Positions 60,044-64,000 of a DNA stretch of 64,000 nucleotides are shown piece after piece. Both the position numbers and the translations under genes were made by a program. Position 1 is the first letter of the stretch; each line of letters begins with the position of its first letter. The stretch comes from Lingula anatina (taxonomy: Eukaryota > Animalia > Brachiopoda). Location: contig CM120643.1 of assembly GCA_051362555.1 (NCBI GenBank), positions 8,370,001-8,434,000 of the forward strand, in the 5' to 3' direction. Below the pieces are notes generated by a model. The model saw nothing but the letters and a program-made list of their open reading frames with translations, did not search any database and was not told where the DNA came from.

Positions 60044-63000
60044 AAAATGATTGCTAGCGAAGTTGACATTCAGACAGATGACAAATAGAACAATCTTATC
60101 AAACCCATATTATTCTTTGCAAAACACCTTTCTTCTACATTTCATATTTTAACAGATTACCCATTGGACAGGACTACAAAGGCAAAAACTAGCGTAGACT
60201 GTAATTTAGACAATGTCAAGATTATGTTACAAAATATTACAGTCTTGCAGAAGAGCTGGCTCCGACAAAGGCAGTTACAAATGAATGATGACTGTGTAGC
60301 CTTCACTTAGCTTGGTATTGTTTGCTAATAGCCAAAATTTCAGTCTAATGAATTTAAAAAAAAAAACATTATTTTTCGTTTTCAAATTTGTCTTTTATTC
60401 TGCCTAAAAAAGTGGTTAGATTATATTTTTCAAGCTAATTGGCAATAATAGTTATTTGAGAGTGAGACCGCATTGGTGTACTTCTGAAAACATTGCCTCA
60501 CAATGGCAGTAAATCGTGAGTGATGACTGTTAAGTAGACAAATATAAATGCTGGCAGATGACGATAATAGCAAAGTTTAATCACAGAACCTATATTTGTC
60601 ATTGAGTCTGAACAAAGAAATGACGCAGCCTTTAATCAGTGCTGTCAATCATTAATTACTCACTGGATAAAATAGTCTTAATGTTCGGAGGCTTTCACCT
60701 GTTAAATGTGTGTGCCCAGGTACTGATTACGGGTTTCTCATTGTCTAGTAGCTTCCACCTGTTATATATATATGTGCAGAGAAACTAGTTGTAAGTCTGC
60801 TGGCTTTAGCCTCTTTGATGTGTACCATGGTACTGGTTAAAAGACCATAAATTTTCAGTAACTTTCAACTCTTAAATATATACCAAGTGTAAAGTGACGA
60901 AAAGTGTAGGTCTTTCAGGTTTCATTTTAACGCTGGGTCCTGGGTTAGATTTGAGGCTGAGTAAGGTGTGTTTATATTCAGACAGACAGGTTTATGTCTA
61001 CATAACATCGGTAGATTACTAAATTGATTTAGCAGTCTACATCTAGTGAGAGATTGCAATAGACATAATTTAGGATTGTTCCACTCTATAGATTAACTTT
61101 CGTAAACAATAGTTAATGAACATGTTGATGACTTAATAGACCCATTGCTCGGGTTTTAACTCTTAAATGACTAGGAAACTAATTTGGGTGATGATGTCTT
61201 TTTGACCTAAACCAGTCAAGGTGTGTGTTTCTGGAGGCAGATGTAGCAATATGCTGGTCTGAAGTCTAATTACATGTTGTATATACTGGTGCTATCAAGA
61301 TAATTGTATTCCGTACAGACATTTATAAGTTGTTAAGCAATTTTCTCTTGTCATGTTGTGGACTTGAGAATAGTGAAAATCTTCAGTATCATTGGCATAC
61401 TGGACATTTACTTCTGGGTGTTGGTCAAACTACCACCTAGTGGTCATTTTACCTCCATATTGGCCTGAGGATAGCCATTGTCTGTGATGGCAGCAAGTTA
61501 ATGACGCTTGAGATTTTTACTTATTAAGTTACCATAACTTTGCTTGGATTATACATTTGCCAAGATAATTACCTAATTGGTTCAACATGTGGTTGTTACC
61601 AATTATTTATAATTTTGATTTAAAAATCATGCAATTATTAAAAACTGGTGCAATTGAAGATCATTAGATCATGTGTTGTAAGACTTGTAACATAAGGTCT
61701 AGACTTTTTCATTTTTGTCCGACTTTGACGGGCATTATAAAAGTTATATATCTGTTAAAATTGATGGTGTTTTTGAAAAAAAATACATCTTATCTGAAAT
61801 GTTATTATACATTTTAAATGAAATTTGTTCAATCTGGGCACCTCTTCTTGAAATGTTTAAGTGTACCATATCTTTTTCCAGTCTTTCATTATTTGTCTAT
61901 GGCAGCATTAACGTTAACATAATCATTTGATTGGAAGTTTATTGCATTACCATTGCACATATTTTCAAAGTGGGTGCTTGTCCTACGATCTTACTAGTCT
62001 TATCATTGTCTTCAGTTTCATTGCTTAGTTTTGTTGCGCCAGCGGGGTTTTCCATATTTTCAAAAAGTTATTGATTTTCTTTAGTGTGTAAAATAGTTGA
62101 TGTTTGTAAAGCACGTCAGTGTAATTAATTATTTTGAAAAATCACCCTTTACTGTGTCAGCTGCGTATTTGATTCTGAAAACAAGATTTTGTTAAACTGT
62201 ATGTTGTCACAGGGTGCCGGTAATGAGGCTTTATAATACTCTCTTTTTTTTTCACGTTGAAAAAGTTTTTTGGTAGGACAACCTTAAATGGTTTTCCCAG
62301 ATTCGTTTATCACAAAGAATTTTGTCATATTTCCTTTGTGTTACCCTGAGCTTCAGGTTGTCGTAGAACATCACGCTCAGTTTGGGGAGAATCTGTTCTA
62401 CGATCATTTACACGTCATCAAAACGGGGTCTGAAACGCAGGGTAATGCGCATTTACACTGAAAGCGATGCACACGCTTTATTAAACTACCTGGAGCATAT
62501 AAGCAATGATGTGAAGTTTTACAAAAAAAAAATAATAATAATAATAATACCCCTTATGGCTTTTTGTTGCATATATTATGAAGACCTCTAGCCTTTACAG
62601 CCGATTATTTCGGGAAAAAACATCGTATGCATCGTGTGGCAATCTGTTAGATGAAATCTGATGACTTCGCTGGCTGTTGTAGTAACTTATGTGTAGGTGC
62701 ATTGTAAACGAATTCTTCCTCCTCACGCACTGTAATCTGATAACATTGATGTGATGGCTACATTTTTCATTGCTAAGTATTTTTAGTCGAGCGTCTTAAA
62801 CTCCTGTTGACACGTTTTTTGTGCCATTGTAAATGCGACTGTTAGTGCTATAACGTCGTACTTATTGCCGAAGATTGTCTTTATTATTGTCATGTTATTT
62901 ATAGCGCAATTTGAAAATAATTTCTGTATTTTTTTTTTTCGGGGAAACATTTCCCATCAAAATTTCAACACTAATGAAAATAAATGATACTTATTTATGC

Positions 63001-64000
63001 GTTTCCTGTTGTTTGGCATCTTATCGCAGTTGAGCGGTGCCTAACACTGACGAATGGCCTGTCGCTCTAAAAATATTAGGAAATAACCAGTGACTTTATT
63101 TGGAGGAACTCGGTCGAGATTTTAGGAAAATGCACTAAGATTTACCATTTAAGTACCCTAGATCTGAAAGGAAATCTTGGGTTATTATAGCGGCCTATCA
63201 TCCCTTCAATTTAAGTCTTATTGGTAAAGTTAAAAGTGATTTTCAAATGTTGCGCTGCTAATCGTATACTTTTTAATTCAATCCAAGTTTCCCAAAGCGG
63301 ATAAGTGCATCTCGAGAATAACGCACAAGGTCCTTATAAGTCGATCCCAATCCACTATAAAATAACGAAAAAGTCGGGTGGGTCCATTTCATTACTTCGG
63401 TTATGCAAGAAAAAAAGGATCTGCGTATTGACCACGCCCAAAACGATAGCTGCTTTTCAGCAGTCGCAATAATAACATATAATATAACAAACGACACTCA
63501 AATAAATCTTTCCGCACGGGTTAGCATAATTTGTCTGGTGATAAATATAGAGACTGAAAAGGGACGCCAAAATTATTTCCTCTGTACTTAAAACATAAGA
63601 AATGCGTCATTTTAACTTAATCATCAAGTCCAGTTTGACGTAGGAGACTTCTTTCATATAACTCAATAGAAGTCGGCTTTTTTTTTTCATAATTTATTTT
63701 AACGTATTGCCTAGGGCACCACAGGACTGCCCCCAATAACTCTTATTTATAGGTCATAATATTCCTATTCCTCGACGCTCAAAGTGGCGTGGAAAGTCTC
63801 AGAAATGATACCAAGATTTTTCTATTCCGTGTGGTTTCTCTTTGCTTTTTTCGCTCGCATTAGAGCGGCGAGGGGCGCAGTCACACAAAGCTTCGTTCTA
63901 TCGACCGATCCGTCTCAACATACATAGGGCTACTTCAGACCGAAAGCGATCTCATGCACAGTGTATATGGCAATGGATTGCTTAAGCTGCCCCCTCCTCC

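Noticed and set aside
62300-64000. CpG-richer terminal region that may be a repeat or the promoter of the next gene
   Set aside because: No TIR pair, TSD or coding signal could be established within the window.

Overview
AT-rich, intron-containing animal (invertebrate, probably lophotrochozoan) genomic DNA, not prokaryotic. Four host genes can be assembled exon by exon. (1) MVD, diphosphomevalonate decarboxylase, on the minus strand, with its last exon running off the left edge. (2) METTL17/RSM22 on the plus strand, head-to-head with MVD (95 bp between start codons). (3) A large C2H2/U1-like zinc-finger gene (ZNF407/ZFP64-like) on the minus strand. (4) A two-exon teashirt/tiptop gene on the plus strand. 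The most unusual structure is MVD intron 7 (1425-13210, about 11.8 kb). It contains an antisense five-exon gene with an open frame of about 597 aa that joins the N-terminus of a pogo-like (Tc1/mariner) transposase, apparently lacking its DDE core, to a complete OTU cysteine-protease domain and a C-terminal SH3/Tudor-like module. A 59-bp TIR pair encloses only exons 2-5 of this gene, and its first intron carries a TTAA-flanked Kolobok-like THAP element and a MITE. Many MITE families, a 5'-truncated LINE, nested perfect palindromes and a coding 45-bp tandem repeat are also present. All family assignments come from manual motif recognition; no database searches were run.
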